From NCBI RefSeq assembly GCF_000142905.1, contig NW_013657678.1:186001-250000 (forward strand): 64,000 bases of DNA. Direction: 5' to 3'. The stretch is from Thecamonas trahens ATCC 50062 (Eukaryota > Protista > Apusomonadida). The notes beneath the pieces are model-generated. The model was given only the letters and a program-made list of their open reading frames with translations, ran no database searches and was not told the DNA's origin. Position 1 is the first letter of the stretch, and each line of letters begins with the position of its first letter. Made by a program: the position numbers and the translations under genes. Positions 1 through 12,800 of the stretch are shown here, piece after piece.

Positions 1-2
1 GC

Positions 3-812
3 ATGCTCGCGCCGGAGCTCCCGGCCGTCGCCGAGTTCTCGACCAACGAGGTCATGGGCCACTCGGCAGACCGCCTCGCCGCGGCCTTTGACATCTCGCG
101 CGAGGCGCAGGACGACTTTGCGCTCCGCTCGCACATGAACGCGCTCGAGGCCGGAAAGGCCGGCAAGCTGTCGGACATTGTCCCGGTGTACGTGCCAGGC
201 AAGAAGGAGCCCGTCGTCGCTGACAACGGCGTTCGCATCACACCGCGCGAGAAGCTCGCATCGCTCAACCCGGCCTTTGTCAAGCCGCACGGCACCGTGA
301 CGGCGGGCAACGCCTCGTTCCTCACCGACGGCGCCTCGGCCGGCCTCATCATGTCCGAGGACAAAGCTCTGGAGCTCGGCTACAAGCCGCTCGCCTACAT
401 CCGCGAGTACGAGTACGTGGCCCAGGACCCCAAGGATGAGCTCCTCCTCGGCCCGGCCTACGTCACGCCCAAGGTCCTCGCCAAGGCCGGCCTCACCCTC
501 GACGACATCTCCGTCTTTGAGTACCACGAGGCCTTTGCCGGCCAGCTCCTCGCCAACATTGCTGCCCTCGAATCCGAGTGGTTCTGCAAGAACAAGCTCG
601 GCCTTGACGCCGCCTTTGGCTCCATCGACATGGACAAGCTCAACAACTGGGGCGGCTCGCTCTCCATCGGGCACCCGTTCGCCGCTACCTCGACCCGCCT
701 CACTTACCACGCTGCCAAGCGCCTCCAGGACGCCGACACCAAGTACGCCCTCACCGCCGCCTGCGCCGCCGGCGGCCTCGGCTCCGGAAACGTCATCGAG
801 CGCTACGAGTAG
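3..812 (+). CDS. HADHB: Thiolase, mitochondrial trifunctional enzyme beta subunit-like (5' truncated at window edge)
   Basis: Thiolase motifs [38 protein letters not shown] and ACAAGGLG; [11 protein letters not shown] is typical of HADHB. Confidence 0.9.
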   Translation: MLAPELPAVAEFSTNEVMGHSADRLAAAFDISREAQDDFALRSHMNALEAGKAGKLSDIVPVYVPGKKEPVVADNGVRITPREKLASLNPAFVKPHGTVTAGNASFLTDGASAGLIMSEDKALELGYKPLAYIREYEYVAQDPKDELLLGPAYVTPKVLAKAGLTLDDISVFEYHEAFAGQLLANIAALESEWFCKNKLGLDAAFGSIDMDKLNNWGGSLSIGHPFAATSTRLTYHAAKRLQDADTKYALTAACAAGGLGSGNVIERYE

Positions 813-993
813 GCTAGAGTGTAAACCCTGTGACTAGACACAGCGTGTGATGCAGAGTCCTCACACTGACCGAGGCCGCAGCCCCAGCCCCAAAGCCAGC
901 CACCAGGTCACGCGGGTTGTGCAGGCCTTGCAGCCAGCAAGAGAGCCACCTCTCCCCTCCCCCTCCCCCCCCCCTCCCCCACCTCACCCAACC

Positions 994-2413
994 ATGGCGT
1001 CCATCCGCGACTTCTTCGCAGAGGGCCCGTACCCCCTCTGGGTCCTCGCCCTGCTCGTGACGGCGTACCTGCTCAACCAGCTCGACCGGTACACCCTCGC
1101 CATCACTTCCAAGGAGATGGTTCCGCTCGGCGGCAACGGCACGGGCTTCCGCTACCAGATCCTCGCCGGCCCAGTCTTCACCCTCGTCTACACTCTTGCG
1201 GGCCTCCCGGTCGGCTACATCGCCGATCGCTTCAACCGTGTCCGCATCTTTGTCGCCGCCATCCTGGTTTGGTCGGCGGCGACGGCCGCCATGGGCGCCG
1301 CCGACACCTACTGGCAGCTCGTCCTCGCCCGCGCGGGGCAGGGCATGGGCCAGGCTGGGTGCAATCCCATCGCCAACGGCCTCATCGCCGAGTACTTTGC
1401 GCCCTCCACCCGCGGCACCGCCCTCGGCATCTACCAGTGGGGCATCTACACTGGCTACTCGCTCTCCTTTGGCGCCGCAGGGCCCATCTCGGCACGCTAT
1501 GGCTACCGCTGGGTGTACTATGCCTTTGGTCTCGCGGGCGTCCCCATCGCCGCCGCCATCTACGCCACTGTCCGTGAGCCCCGCGCGGCGTCCACGACGA
1601 CAAGACTATCGCCCTCTCCGAGGGCAAGCCGCCGGCCAAGCCGTCGCTCTGGACCGTCCTCACCTTCTTTGCTCGCCCCTCACTGCTCCTCCTCTGCCTC
1701 GCAGGTGCCATCCGCAACTCGGCCGGCTACGTCTGGGCCTTTAACACAGAGATCTTCTTTGAGAACGTCCACGGCCTCTCCAAGGTCGACATCGCCAAGT
1801 ACATGTCGGTCATCCCACTCGTGGGCGGCTCGCTCGGCGCCCTCCTCGGCGGCATCATCGCAGACCGCATCATCAAGAAGCGCGGCATGGCTGCCCGCAT
1901 CTGGGTCCTTGTCTTCTCCCAAATCCTCGCAGCCCCCTTGCCGCAGGCGCCCTCCTCCTCAATCCGCCGTGGGCCTTTATCTCGCTCATCCCCGCAAACG
2001 TCATCGGTGAGGCCTGGGTCGGCATCACCCTCGCCGTCGTCTCCGACCTCATTCCTGGCCACATGCGCATCGTCGCCACCTCGATCTACTTTTTCATCAT
2101 CTCCAACATCGCAGGCCTCGCCCCACTCCTCGTCCCGGTCCTCCAATCGCATTTTCACTCACTCCGCACAGCCCTCTTCATCCTCTATCCCTGCGCCTAC
2201 GCAGCCTCGGCCCTCCTCTTCCTCGTCACCTTTGTCTCGCTCCAGCGCGATGTCCGCGCCGCCGCCGCCGCCGCCGCCCTGGCCGATCGCGCTCCTGCTC
2301 AGCCTCCTTCCTCCACTCCTGCCTCTACCATCCCCGAGGGCAATGTCGATTCGGAGCGCACACCCTTGCTCCCCTCGCCTGCTGACGCATCGGTCAACAA
2401 CGCCGGCTCTTGA
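994..2413 (+). CDS. MFS transporter, Spinster-like; two apparent 1-nt frameshifts (~1580, ~1939)
   Basis: LLNQLDRY and GYIADRFNR (MFS motif A), RGTALGIY. Hydrophobic helices continue across three frames when one base is restored at each site. Confidence 0.82.
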
Positions 2414-2601
2414 CACCGCCCGATCCATCCATGCAATCACTCTCCCCGATTCCCCCCCTCCCCCCCCTCGCCCTGCCCGCCTCACCCGCCCCCCGCCCTC
2501 CCGGCCAACACCCACTCAAACACAGCCCGTCGTAGAATCTTCCCGCCACAACCAACACTGAACCACGCCACACCACCCGTCCCACACACTCTCTCTTCCA
2601 C

Positions 2602-2681
2602 CACACACACACACACACACACACACACACCACACATACACATCATATCACACAAACACACACACACACACACACACACAC
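2602..2681. repeat. (CA)n microsatellite just upstream of the Psf2 ATG
   Basis: Two visible CA runs. Confidence 0.9.
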
Positions 2682-2684
2682 ATC

Positions 2685-3674
2685 ATGACTCAGCCCATCG
2701 TCAAGCAGGCGTCGGTGCTGGAGAGCTTCGGCGCGTCTGAAGTCGAGTTCCTGTCGGAGGACGCTGAGGCCGTGGTGGTCCCGCTCTTCCGCGAGCCGGC
2801 CATCCGCTTGCTGGCAGGCACATACGGCCCGTTCCGTCCGGGCGTTCCGCTCACCGTCCCGCTCTGGCTGGCCAAGCAGCTGAAGAAGCAGAAGAAGGCC
2901 AAGATACAGCCGCCCGAGTGGATGGATGTCGACTCACTGCGGGCAACCTACGAGGCCGAGCAGGCCGATCCGCTGTACTTTGAGGCCCTGCCGTACCACT
3001 ACGTCGAAATCGCCTCACAGTTGCTTGATGTTGCCTCGGATGACATTCCGGATGCAAACTCGGTCCGCGAGACCATCGAGGACATCGTCGAGGTCCGTCA
3101 CCTCAAGATCATGGCCGGAATGCGCGCCCTCGACGGCGACTCGCCAGCCATCAAGCTCAACAACCTCGCCGCCATGGAGATCAACTCTATCCGCTCCTTC
3201 TTTATCGCCACCATGGACCACTACGCCATGCTCACAGAGCCCGAGCTCTCCGCCCGCCGCTCCTCCACCCGCGAGGCAACCCGCTCGTCCACTACTCCGG
3301 CCCGCGCCTCATCAGAGGCGTCGTCCGTCCCGCCAACAGGCGGCCTCTCCACAGCGCGCGCCCAGCGCAAGTTCCGCCCGCGCACCTCGTCCACAGGCGC
3401 AGGCTCACGCGCCTCGGCTGCGTCCGCCCGCTCCTCCGAGACCCCGTCGCGCTTCCCGTCCGCCCGCCCGCGCCCACGCTCGCGTCCGCGCCCGCGCCCG
3501 CGCTCCACATCGTCGGCAGCGACGTCAGCGGGCTCGGTCGACCCAAGTTCGTCGCCGTCGCGCCCTGCGCCCGCGCCCATGGATACTGCTCCGCCGGCAC
3601 AGGCACAATCTGGCGAGCCCGGTGAGCCCGAGTTTGGCCGCCCGCGCAAGCTGCGCCGCCTCCGCAAAGAGTAA
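2685..3674 (+). CDS. GINS2: GINS complex subunit Psf2 with long S/R-rich C-terminal extension
   Basis: EVEFLSE, GPFRPGVPLTVPLWLA, PPEWM, LPYHYVEI, LNNLAAMEINSIR. Confidence 0.93.
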   Translation: MTQPIVKQASVLESFGASEVEFLSEDAEAVVVPLFREPAIRLLAGTYGPFRPGVPLTVPLWLAKQLKKQKKAKIQPPEWMDVDSLRATYEAEQADPLYFEALPYHYVEIASQLLDVASDDIPDANSVRETIEDIVEVRHLKIMAGMRALDGDSPAIKLNNLAAMEINSIRSFFIATMDHYAMLTEPELSARRSSTREATRSSTTPARASSEASSVPPTGGLSTARAQRKFRPRTSSTGAGSRASAASARSSETPSRFPSARPRPRSRPRPRPRSTSSAATSAGSVDPSSSPSRPAPAPMDTAPPAQAQSGEPGEPEFGRPRKLRRLRKE

Positions 3675-3693
3675 AGTACACGCGCTAGCGCAA

Positions 3694-6600
3694 CTACACG
3701 GCGCCCTGCTCCCGCAGCGTCTCGCGCACAATCGAGAAAAATACCTCTTCCAGCGATGCAAGCGCCAGCGACCAGTCCTTGATGCCGGCCTGAGACGCAT
3801 GCCGCTCCATTGCCATAAACACCCGTGAGAGCACCATCTCGTCCTTGGGTACCAGCCAGGTGTAGTGCGAGCCAAACGAAGACCACATCCGCGCAGACGG
3901 CGCCACGCTCTCGATAAACGCTTGCATCCGCGCCACGTGCTGGTGGCCCCCCGCAAGCGCCACCTCCAGCCGGTACTCGGACCCGAACCGTGCTTTGAGC
4001 TCCTCGTGCGTCCCAATGCACCGCAGCGAACCCGAGATGACAATGGCAATCCGCGACGCGAGCACCCGCGCCTCCTCCATCGAGTGCGTGGTGAGCAGGA
4101 TCGACCGCCCCTCGCGCGCCCGCAGTAGAATGTCCCAGATCATCCGCCGCGCCATGACGTCCAGCCCGGTCGTCGGCTCGTCGAGCACCAGCAGCCGCGG
4201 CGAGCCGATGAGGGCAATCGCAATAGAGAGACGCCGCCGCATGCCGGCCGAAATGACAGATGCCCACTTGAGCTCACACGTCTTGAGCCCCATTTGCTGC
4301 AGAATGTCGTCCACATGTCCGCGCTCCTGCGTCCGCGGAATGCCCTTCAGCCGTGCAAAGTACAGCAGGTGGTCACGGACGGAGAGGTCCGGCCACAGCA
4401 CGTCGGCCTGTGGACAGACGCCAATCATCGGATGGATCCGTGCCATCTGAGTCCGGATCGAGAGGCCACCCACGAGCGCATCACCGCCAGACGGCCGCAC
4501 CAGCCCACACAGGATGTTGACCAGTGTCGACTTGCCTGACCCGTTGGGCCCAAGCAGCGCCAAGCACTCGCCGTCGCCAACCTTGAGGCAGAGCGAGCGG
4601 AGCACCCGCCGCTTCGAGCCGTCGAGCCCGATGTAACGCTTGTCGAGATCGCGAATAACCACATTAGCCGAGCGCGAGAGTGCCTCGGCGTCGCTGACTT
4701 GGTACACCGTCTGCCGCTCCGCGGCCACGTCGTCAGCCTCGGTCGGATCGACAAGGACCCACGGCGACGGCGATGTCTGGCTTCTTCCGCCGCTCACCGT
4801 TTCGAGCATGCTCGGCCCGTTGAGCGTCGGCGGTATGTTCTCGCTCGAATCGGTAGTGAAGAGGGCAGTATGCGCCCAACCGTGATGCAGACGAATGCCG
4901 GTCAGGCTCGGAGTGTGCCAGCACTTGCAGAGCCAGTCGTAGGCGGCGATGATGGGGAAAAACGGTGAGGCTGGGACGCCATACTTTTTCGGCAGCACCG
5001 CCTCCAGGTAGACCGTGAGAACCAGAAGAACGAGTGACACCACAACCATGAACATGATTTCGCGCGAGAGTGGCGTTCCCCAAGCAAGCGCCGTGATCGA
5101 AAGCGGGGAATCAAGTGCAAACGAGACCACAATGAGATAGATGGCGCGGAAAAAGGCAAACGGCGGATAGACCGAGTAAAGGACCGTTGGTTGGATCTTG
5201 ACGTCCGAGTAGACCGTGACGTTGAGCGTAGCCGCAATGCCCATCGACAACAGCTGGACCACGTAGCCAAAGATGGCCGCAGAGAGGGCCGACGAGAAAA
5301 AGACTGAGAAAAAGTATGTGAGACAGACGAGAGCATGGCCCCAAACAAAGAAGACCACAATGGTCACAAGCGCGTTAGTCATAATAAGCACTTCCAGCTG
5401 GCCTGCAGCCAGAATCGCGAGCATCAACGCTACGATGGTGCAATACATAAAGAGGTCGAACGAGTAGTTGACTAGCCAGAAGACCGACATCCGTAGGCCA
5501 GCCATCTTCTGCACTTCGATGTGCTTGTCCTGCTTCTCGCGAACCATGCCCTGCAGCACCACCGGCATGAGGAACGACGCCGAGAACGGGAGTACAAACA
5601 GGAAGATGATGGCTGACACAATGTTTGCGCCCGATCCCGGATAGCAAACCTGTGGAAATTCGTCCACGCCCTTCAGCCCGGCATACGCTACCGGCGGCGG
5701 AGGTGGTGGAGGTGGAAGGACAGGTGCCGGCGGCGGCGGCGGCGACGGCGGAGACGTGGCGTTGGTAGGCGGCGCCGGTGGCGGCGATGGCGGAGGTGGC
5801 GGTACCGGCGTCAGGTACGAGAGCAATGCATTGGACACCTGATTCATGGCGCGATGCCGAGCATAGAGCAGCTTGAACCGTTCCGGATAGTACAGCCCGT
5901 TGGCGGCGAGGTCAGGCGACTGCAAGACAAAGGCAGTGCCGTACATCTCCGAGAGGGCCGAAAAGTAGAGGGCGCTGGTGGGCACAGTGTACTCGAGGAG
6001 CGGATCTGAGGTGCCGGCCTCGGACGTGACAAAGTAGCGCGAGCTGAGAGTATGGATGTAGGTGACGGCCGAGTCAAACGAGTCGTAATGGACCAGATGC
6101 GGCGAGTAGCCATCACCAAGTGGGACGCCATCGACCACCACGCCGGAGAGGTTGGTGCCTGCATAGGGAAAACGGGCAATGTCACGGGTCATCAACGTAG
6201 TGGCCTCTGTCGCCTGACGCCCGCCAAAGGCATCGGTCCAAACCATAAACTCCCACGCCGCCGAGCAGTTTGTCTCGTCCGGCGCCCATGCACATGCCAC
6301 CGAGCCTGGCGCCGGGAAGGGAACAGGCGACGGCGAGGGGGTGCACTCATTGGCATCGAGCGAGGCGAGCAGGACGATGTGGACCACGATGAGGCCGAGT
6401 GCCACTACAAGCGGGAAGCCCAGGTGGAGGGCAATGGTCTTGCGTTGTCTCTTCTGCTGATGGACCTCTCGAAGGAACTGCACGGGGTAGGGTGGTGGTG
6501 AGCAGGCGGCGGTGCGGGGGAGGGGGAGGGAGGGAAGGAGGGGAGGGAGGGCGTACCATGGCGCGGGTCTGGCCCCAGAGGGTCTTACGGTAGTGGACAG

Positions 6601-6847
6601 GGGTGCCGGTGCCCAGGGGGGTGAATGGTGTCTGGGCTGGCCTCGACGAGCCGCGCATGCCGTTCATGGCGAGACGCGTGCCCGTTTGCGGCGGCGCGAG
6701 TCCTGGCCGATCGTGGCCGCCTGAGTTTGGCACACGATTTGCGACGGCGTCGACGACGCGATGTTGACCAGCCACAGTGGTGGCTCTGTGGTGGCCAGGG
6801 GAGAAAGGCTGTGGTGACTGGCAAGTGGGTGTCGGGTGTTGGTTCAT
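3694..6847 (-). CDS. ABCA-family half transporter (TMD+NBD); intron 6556-6478; start codon uncertain
   Basis: Walker A GPNGSGKS, CPQADVLW, signature ISAGMRRRL, LDEPTTGLD, LTTHSMEEA. A GTACGC...GTGCAG intron joins WGQTRAM to FLREVHQQKR, a typical ABCA N-terminus. Confidence 0.9.
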
Positions 6848-6877
6848 TGCATGCTGCGAGCGGGTGCGAGAAACTAC

Positions 6878-9800
6878 TCAGATAAAGGGCGAGGCCTCGG
6901 GTGCCGGGGCCGGGGCGGAGCGCGGCGGCGGGCGGGAGGGCGGGGCGACCTCGCCCTCGGTAGGCTGAAACGGAGCGGCGGTCGGGGCCGGCGGGGGGAC
7001 AAAGCGCTCGTCGTCGAGGAACGACGAGTTGGAGTCGCTTGCCGCGGGGGCCGGGACCATCATGGGCTTGAAGACATGCGGGGCGCCGGGGCCAGCGGTC
7101 GGTGCCGGCGGGCGGCGGAGCGCAAGGCCTGGGATCGACTTGCGTGGTGGCGGGGCGGCGGCGGCACCCGGCTTCGCAAAGGCGTTGACATAACGGGACG
7201 AAGTCGAGTGGACGTTGCGCGGCGCGCGCGGCGGGCCACGCGGTGGGCCCGCGCCAAGCGGGACACCAGCCGAGGCCGGAGCGGGGGTGGCTCCGGTCGG
7301 CGGCATGCTGGGTGCGGGTGCCTTCGGCTTTGACTTTGGAGGCGGAGGGAGGGCGGCGGCCTTGCCGGCGTTGGGATTGTCGGGGTTGATCCATTTTCCT
7401 GTCTTGGGATCACGGAAGATCTTGAGCTCGCCGCCGAGCTTGGCTTGCTTCTTGGAGCTCTTAAAGGGCCAGAGCGAGGAGAGCAGGCCGCCGCCACTGG
7501 ACGACGAGCTAGACTCAGCTTTTTTCTTGGCCTCCTGCTCCTTGCGCAGCTTCTGGGCGCGGGCAAGGAGGCGGGCCTCTTCCTCGGCGTCGTCGTCGAC
7601 GGCGGGCGTGGATGCAGCTCGGCCCGAGGGCGACGACAGTGGAGAGGGCCCGTCCGTCGAAGCGCGCCGTGCGCCGCGGGCAGTGAGAGGCGGCGACGAC
7701 GGGGCGGTCGGCGGCGCCGATGCCGAGCCCGACGCAGTCTTGGGCGGCGAGCGCGAGCCGCCCCAAGAGAACATGCCGGAGAAGACCCCCTTGACGGCAG
7801 CAACAACGCGCGACGAAGAGCCGGCGGAAAGGTCCATGTGCTCTTGGAGGCGGTGGTGCAGAGCCTTGAGCTGGCTGAGGAATGCAGCGGCAAAATACTT
7901 TGCGCCGCGAGCGGCGACGATGGCGTCGAGAGCCTTGCAGTAGGCGAGTGCGCGGTCGGTGAATCCAACTTCAGCAAGCTGGAAAGCGTAGACGAGCTTG
8001 TAGGCAACAAGCGACGGCAGGGTAAACTGCGAGTTGGCCACCTTGTGGGCGAGCTCGAACATTTCGGTCCGCTGGATGGCCTCGGGCGTAGCGAAGCGAG
8101 CGCCGGTGCCGTCGTGGTCGGCCCCAAGTAGGACCATGCGGGCGGCGGTGTTGAGCGGGCCGATGGGTGCGCCGGCGAGGAGGTAGCACACGTGCTGCGA
8201 AGGGGTGTAGCGCCTGAGGCGGCCGAGCTCGTTGCCAAGGTCAAACATGGCTGCGCGATTTGGCTTGGCACCCGCACCGTTGGCGAGGATCATTGCTAGG
8301 TTGGCCTTCCACGAGGCGAGGACCGGGTGGGTGTCCGGCGACACGCCGCTTGATGGTGCGGCAAACAAGCCGGAGCTCTTACCGGAGAACAGGAGGTAGA
8401 GCGAGCGCATGGGCGAGGCGTGTGCAAACGACGCGGTAGCGAGCGCGGCGACGGTGTCAGCAAAGACGGTCTTGTCGGTGTGGGCAGCAATGACGACAGC
8501 GTGGGCAAAGAGACCAGCGGCTGTGGCAGCCTCGGCAGCCTCCTTGCGCTTGCCGGCCATGAGCAACGTCTCGATGTGGCCAAGGGTGCTGGTGGCGGCG
8601 GCAGCGTCAGGCGCAGCAATAGCATCGGGGAGGAGCTCGGACGAAGGGCGCGAGACGAGGCCGTCGTGCGGTGACGAGGTCAGAATGTCGCTCACCTCGG
8701 CGGCAACCTTGGGGCCCAGAGTCGGATCCTTTTCGAGAGAAAGGGCCAAAATCTCGTAGAGGACGCGTAGCCCGTCCGGGTCGTGCACATCGCCGAGCGA
8801 GTGGTCGATTGGTGCAGCGGCGCGAGAGCGGGCGAGATGAACAGCGTCCTGACGCGAGGAGACAGTGAGCGGCCCCGGGAACGACTCAAGAGTCTGAACG
8901 TGCGGCAGCGTCGCGCAGGCCTGGTGCAGGCGGCGTGTGATGACACGCGGCGTGGAAGCGGAAAACGAGCCGTTGAAGCATGTCACAATCTGCCCGCCAA
9001 AGCCAAACGAGACAACAGCCGCGCGGTTGCAGCGCAGGCGTGACTGGGCAAATGCCTCGGCCGGGCCAGAGGGTGCCGGTGCATAACCGTAGCCGGAGTC
9101 TGCAGCTGCAGCGGTGTGGCCGTAGGTGTCTGTCGACTGGCGGTCGTCGGCCTGGGTTTGGTCGTGGCCGGCTGCTTGCCCGTAGTAGTCGTCGGCCTGG
9201 GTTTGGTCGTGGCCAGTTGCTTGACTGTAGTAGTCGTCGGCCTGGGTTTGGTCGTGGCCAGTTGCTTGACTGTAGTAGTCGTCGGCCTGGGGTTGGTCGT
9301 ACCCGGCTGTTTGCCCGTAGTAGTCGTCGGCCTGGGCTTGGTCGTACCCGGCTGCTTGCCCGTAGTAGTCGTCGGTCTGGGCTTGGTCGTACCCGGCTGT
9401 TTGACCGTAGTAGTCGTCGGCCTGGGCTTGGTCGTACCCGGCTGCTTGCTCGTAGTAGTCGTCGGCCTGGGCTTGGTCGTACCCGGCTGCTTGCTCGTAG
9501 TAGTCGTCGGCCTGGGCTTGGTCGTGGCCGGTTGCTTGACCATAATAGACGTCAGCCTGGTACTGCTCCTGGCCGTAGTAGTTCTCGGACTCGGGATGGG
9601 AAGAGGAGTTGTCCTCACCGTAAAAGTTGGTGGCCGCGCCGTAGTAGTCGCCGGCTTGTGAGCCACCGGCTTGAGAGCCGCCAGCCTGTGAGCCGCCAGC
9701 ATACGAGCCACCGGCTTGGGATTGGTAGTCGTAGTTGACTTCGTCATCATAGTGTTCGCCCTGAGCGACACTCTCATCAAAGACCTCATTGGTGGTGCCG

Positions 9801-12800
9801 GCCACCTCGGCATAAAAGTCAGACTGGGCGGCAGGAGTCGCAATAGGCGTCACTTGTTGGGTGGCAGAGGAAAGAGGTGATTCGGCCGGGATAGAGAGCG
9901 GCTCGTCGGCGAATGGATCAACGTCGTCAGCAACCACAGCAATGACCTCAGTCGGTGCCGTAGAGAGAGACTCGCTGGTAGACTCGTCGTCGTAGGTGTT
10001 GTAAACCTCGCCGACATACGCGGCTTGCTCCTCGGCAGCCGGGGTGGCGAGTGTGTCCGTGGCCGTGGCGGCTTCGCCCTCCGGCTGAGCCGCACCGTAG
10101 CTGTAGTACTCGCCGTTGGTGACCGCGCCATCGCCGTAGTTGTAGTATTCGCCGTTGTACGCAGCCTGCTCATCGGTATCGCCAGTTGTCTGGGTGGCAG
10201 CAGCGGATCCTACCTCGCTCGAGCCCACGGCTTGGCCTTCACCTCCGTAGTTGTCGTAGGGCTCGCCATCGTAAGCAGAGTGCTCGTCGGCGACATGCAC
10301 AGCGGTGGGAGCCTCAGTCTTGGGTTCTGCCTCGTAAGGCACCTCGCCGACAGCACATGTGTAGGTGGCGTCGGGGGATGGTGACGCGGCAATATTGGTC
10401 TCTACAAAGACATCGGTGCCCGGCGCATCTGCAACCGAGTCCATGGCTGCTGAACCCGAATTGGTAATGGGCTCGTCCGCGTAGTTGTCAAAGAAGCCGC
10501 CCTCGGACTCCACTGGCTCGGTTGCCGGCGAGGCAACAGTAGGCTCGGCCGCGGTGAACGGCTCGGCCGCGGTGAACGGCTCGACAGCAGGCTCGTCCGC
10601 ATAGTTGTCGAAGAAGCCGCCCTCGGACTCCACTGGCTCGGTTGCCGGCGAGGCAACAGCAGGCTCGGTCGCAGTGAACGGGTCGGCAGCAGGCTCGGCC
10701 ACGTAGTTGTCGAAGAAGCCGCCCTCGGACTCCACTGGCTCGGTTGCCGGTGAGGCAACAGCAGGCTCGGCCGCGGTGAACGGCTCGGCCGCGGTGAACG
10801 GCTCGACAGCAGGCTCGTCCGCATAGTTGTCGAAGAAGCCGCCCTCGGACTCCACTGGCTCGGTTGCCGGCGAGGCAACAGTAGGCTCGGCCGCGGTGAA
10901 CGGCTCGGCCGCGGTGAACGGCTCGACAGCAGGCTCGTCCGCGTAGTTGTCGAAGAAGCCGCCCTCGGACTCCACTGGCTCGGTTGCCGGCGAGGCAACA
11001 GCAGGCTCGGTCGCAGCGAACGGGTCGGCAGCAGGCTCGGCCACGTAGTTGTCGAAGAAGCCGCCCTCGGACTCCACTGGCTCGGTTGCCGGTGAGGCAA
11101 CAGCAGGCTCGGCCGCGGTAAACGGCTCGACGGCAGGCTCCGCCGTGTAGCTGTCAAAGAAGCCGCCCTCGGACTCCACTGGCTCGGTGCCGGCGAGGCA
11201 CAGCAGGCTCGGTCGCAGCGAACGGGTCGGCAGCAGGCTCGGCCGCGTAGTTGTCGAAGAAGCCGCCCTCGGACTCCACTGGCTCGGTTGCCGGTGAGGC
11301 AACAGCAGGCTCGGCCGCGGTGAACGGCTCGGCCGCGGTGAACGGCTCGACAGCAGGCTCGGCCGCGTAGTTGTCAAAGAAGCCGCCCTCGGACTCCACT
11401 GGCTCGGTTGCCGGCGAGGCAACAGCAGGCTCGGTCGCAGCGAACGGCTCGGCAGCAGGCTCGGTCGCGTAGTTGTCAAAGAAGCCGCCCTCGGACTCCA
11501 CTGGCTCGGTTGCCGGCGAGGCAACAGCAGGCTCGGCCGCGGTGAACGGCTCGGCCGCGGTGAACGGCTCGACAGCAGGCTCGGCCGCGTAGTTGTCGAA
11601 GAAGCCGCCCTCGGACTCCACTGGCTCGGTTGCCGGCGAGGCAACAGCAGGCTCGGCCGCGGTGAACGGCTCGGCCGCGGTGAACGGCTCGACAGCAGGC
11701 TCGGCCGCGTAGTTGTCAAAGAAGCCGCCCTCGGACTCCACTGGCTCGGTTGCCGGCGAGGCAACAGCAGGCTCGGTCGCAGCGAACGGCTCGGCAGCAG
11801 GCTCGGTCGCGTAGTTGTCGAAGAAGCCGCCCTCGGACTCCACTGGCTCGGTTGCCGGCGAGGCAACAGCAGGCTCGGCCGCGGTGAACGGCTCGGCCGC
11901 GGTGAACGNNNNNNNNNNNNNNNNNNNNNNNNNNNNNNNNNNNNNNNNNNNNNNNNNNNNNNNNNNNNNNNNNNNNNNNNNNNNNNNNNNNNNNNNNNNN
12001 NNNNNNNNGCCGCCCTTCCGGACTTCCACTGGCTCGTTGCCGGCGAGGCAACAGCAGGCTCGGCCGCGGTGAACGGCTCGGCCGCGGTGAACGGCTCGAC
12101 GGCAGGCTCCGCCGCGTAGTTGTCGAAGAAGCCGCCCTCGGACTCCACTGGCTCGGTTGCCGGCGAGGCAACAGCAGTCGGCCGCAGGTGAACGGCTCGG
12201 CCGCGGTGAACGGCTCGACGGCAGGCTCGTCCGCATAGTTGTCGAAGAAGCCGCCCTTGGACTCCACTGGCTCGGTTGCCGGCGAGGCAACAGCAGGCTC
12301 GGTCGCAGCGAACGGGTCGGCAGCAGGCTCGGCCGCGTAGTTGTCGAAGAAGCCGCCCTCGGACTCCACTGGCTCGGTTGCCGGCGAGGCAACAGCAGGC
12401 TCGGCCGCGGTGAACGGCTCGACGGCAGGCTCGTCCGCATAGTTGTCGAAGAAGCCGCCCTCGGACTCCACTGGCTCGGTTGCCGGTGAGGCAACAGCAG
12501 GCTCGGCCGCGGTGAACGGCTCCACGGCAGGCTCGGTCGCGTAGTTGTCAAAGAAGCCGCCCTCGGACTCCACTGGCTCGGTCGCCGGCGAGGCAACAGC
12601 AGGCTCGGCCGCGGTGAACGGTTCGACAGCAGGCTCCGCCGCGTAGCTGTCGAAGAAGCCACCCTCGGACTCCACTGGCTCGGTTGCCGGTGGGGCAACA
12701 GCAAGCTCGGCCACGGTAAACGGCTCGGCAGCAGGCTCCGCCGCGTAGTTGTCGAAAAAGCCGCCCTCGGACTCCACTGGCTCGGTCGCCGGCGAGGCAA

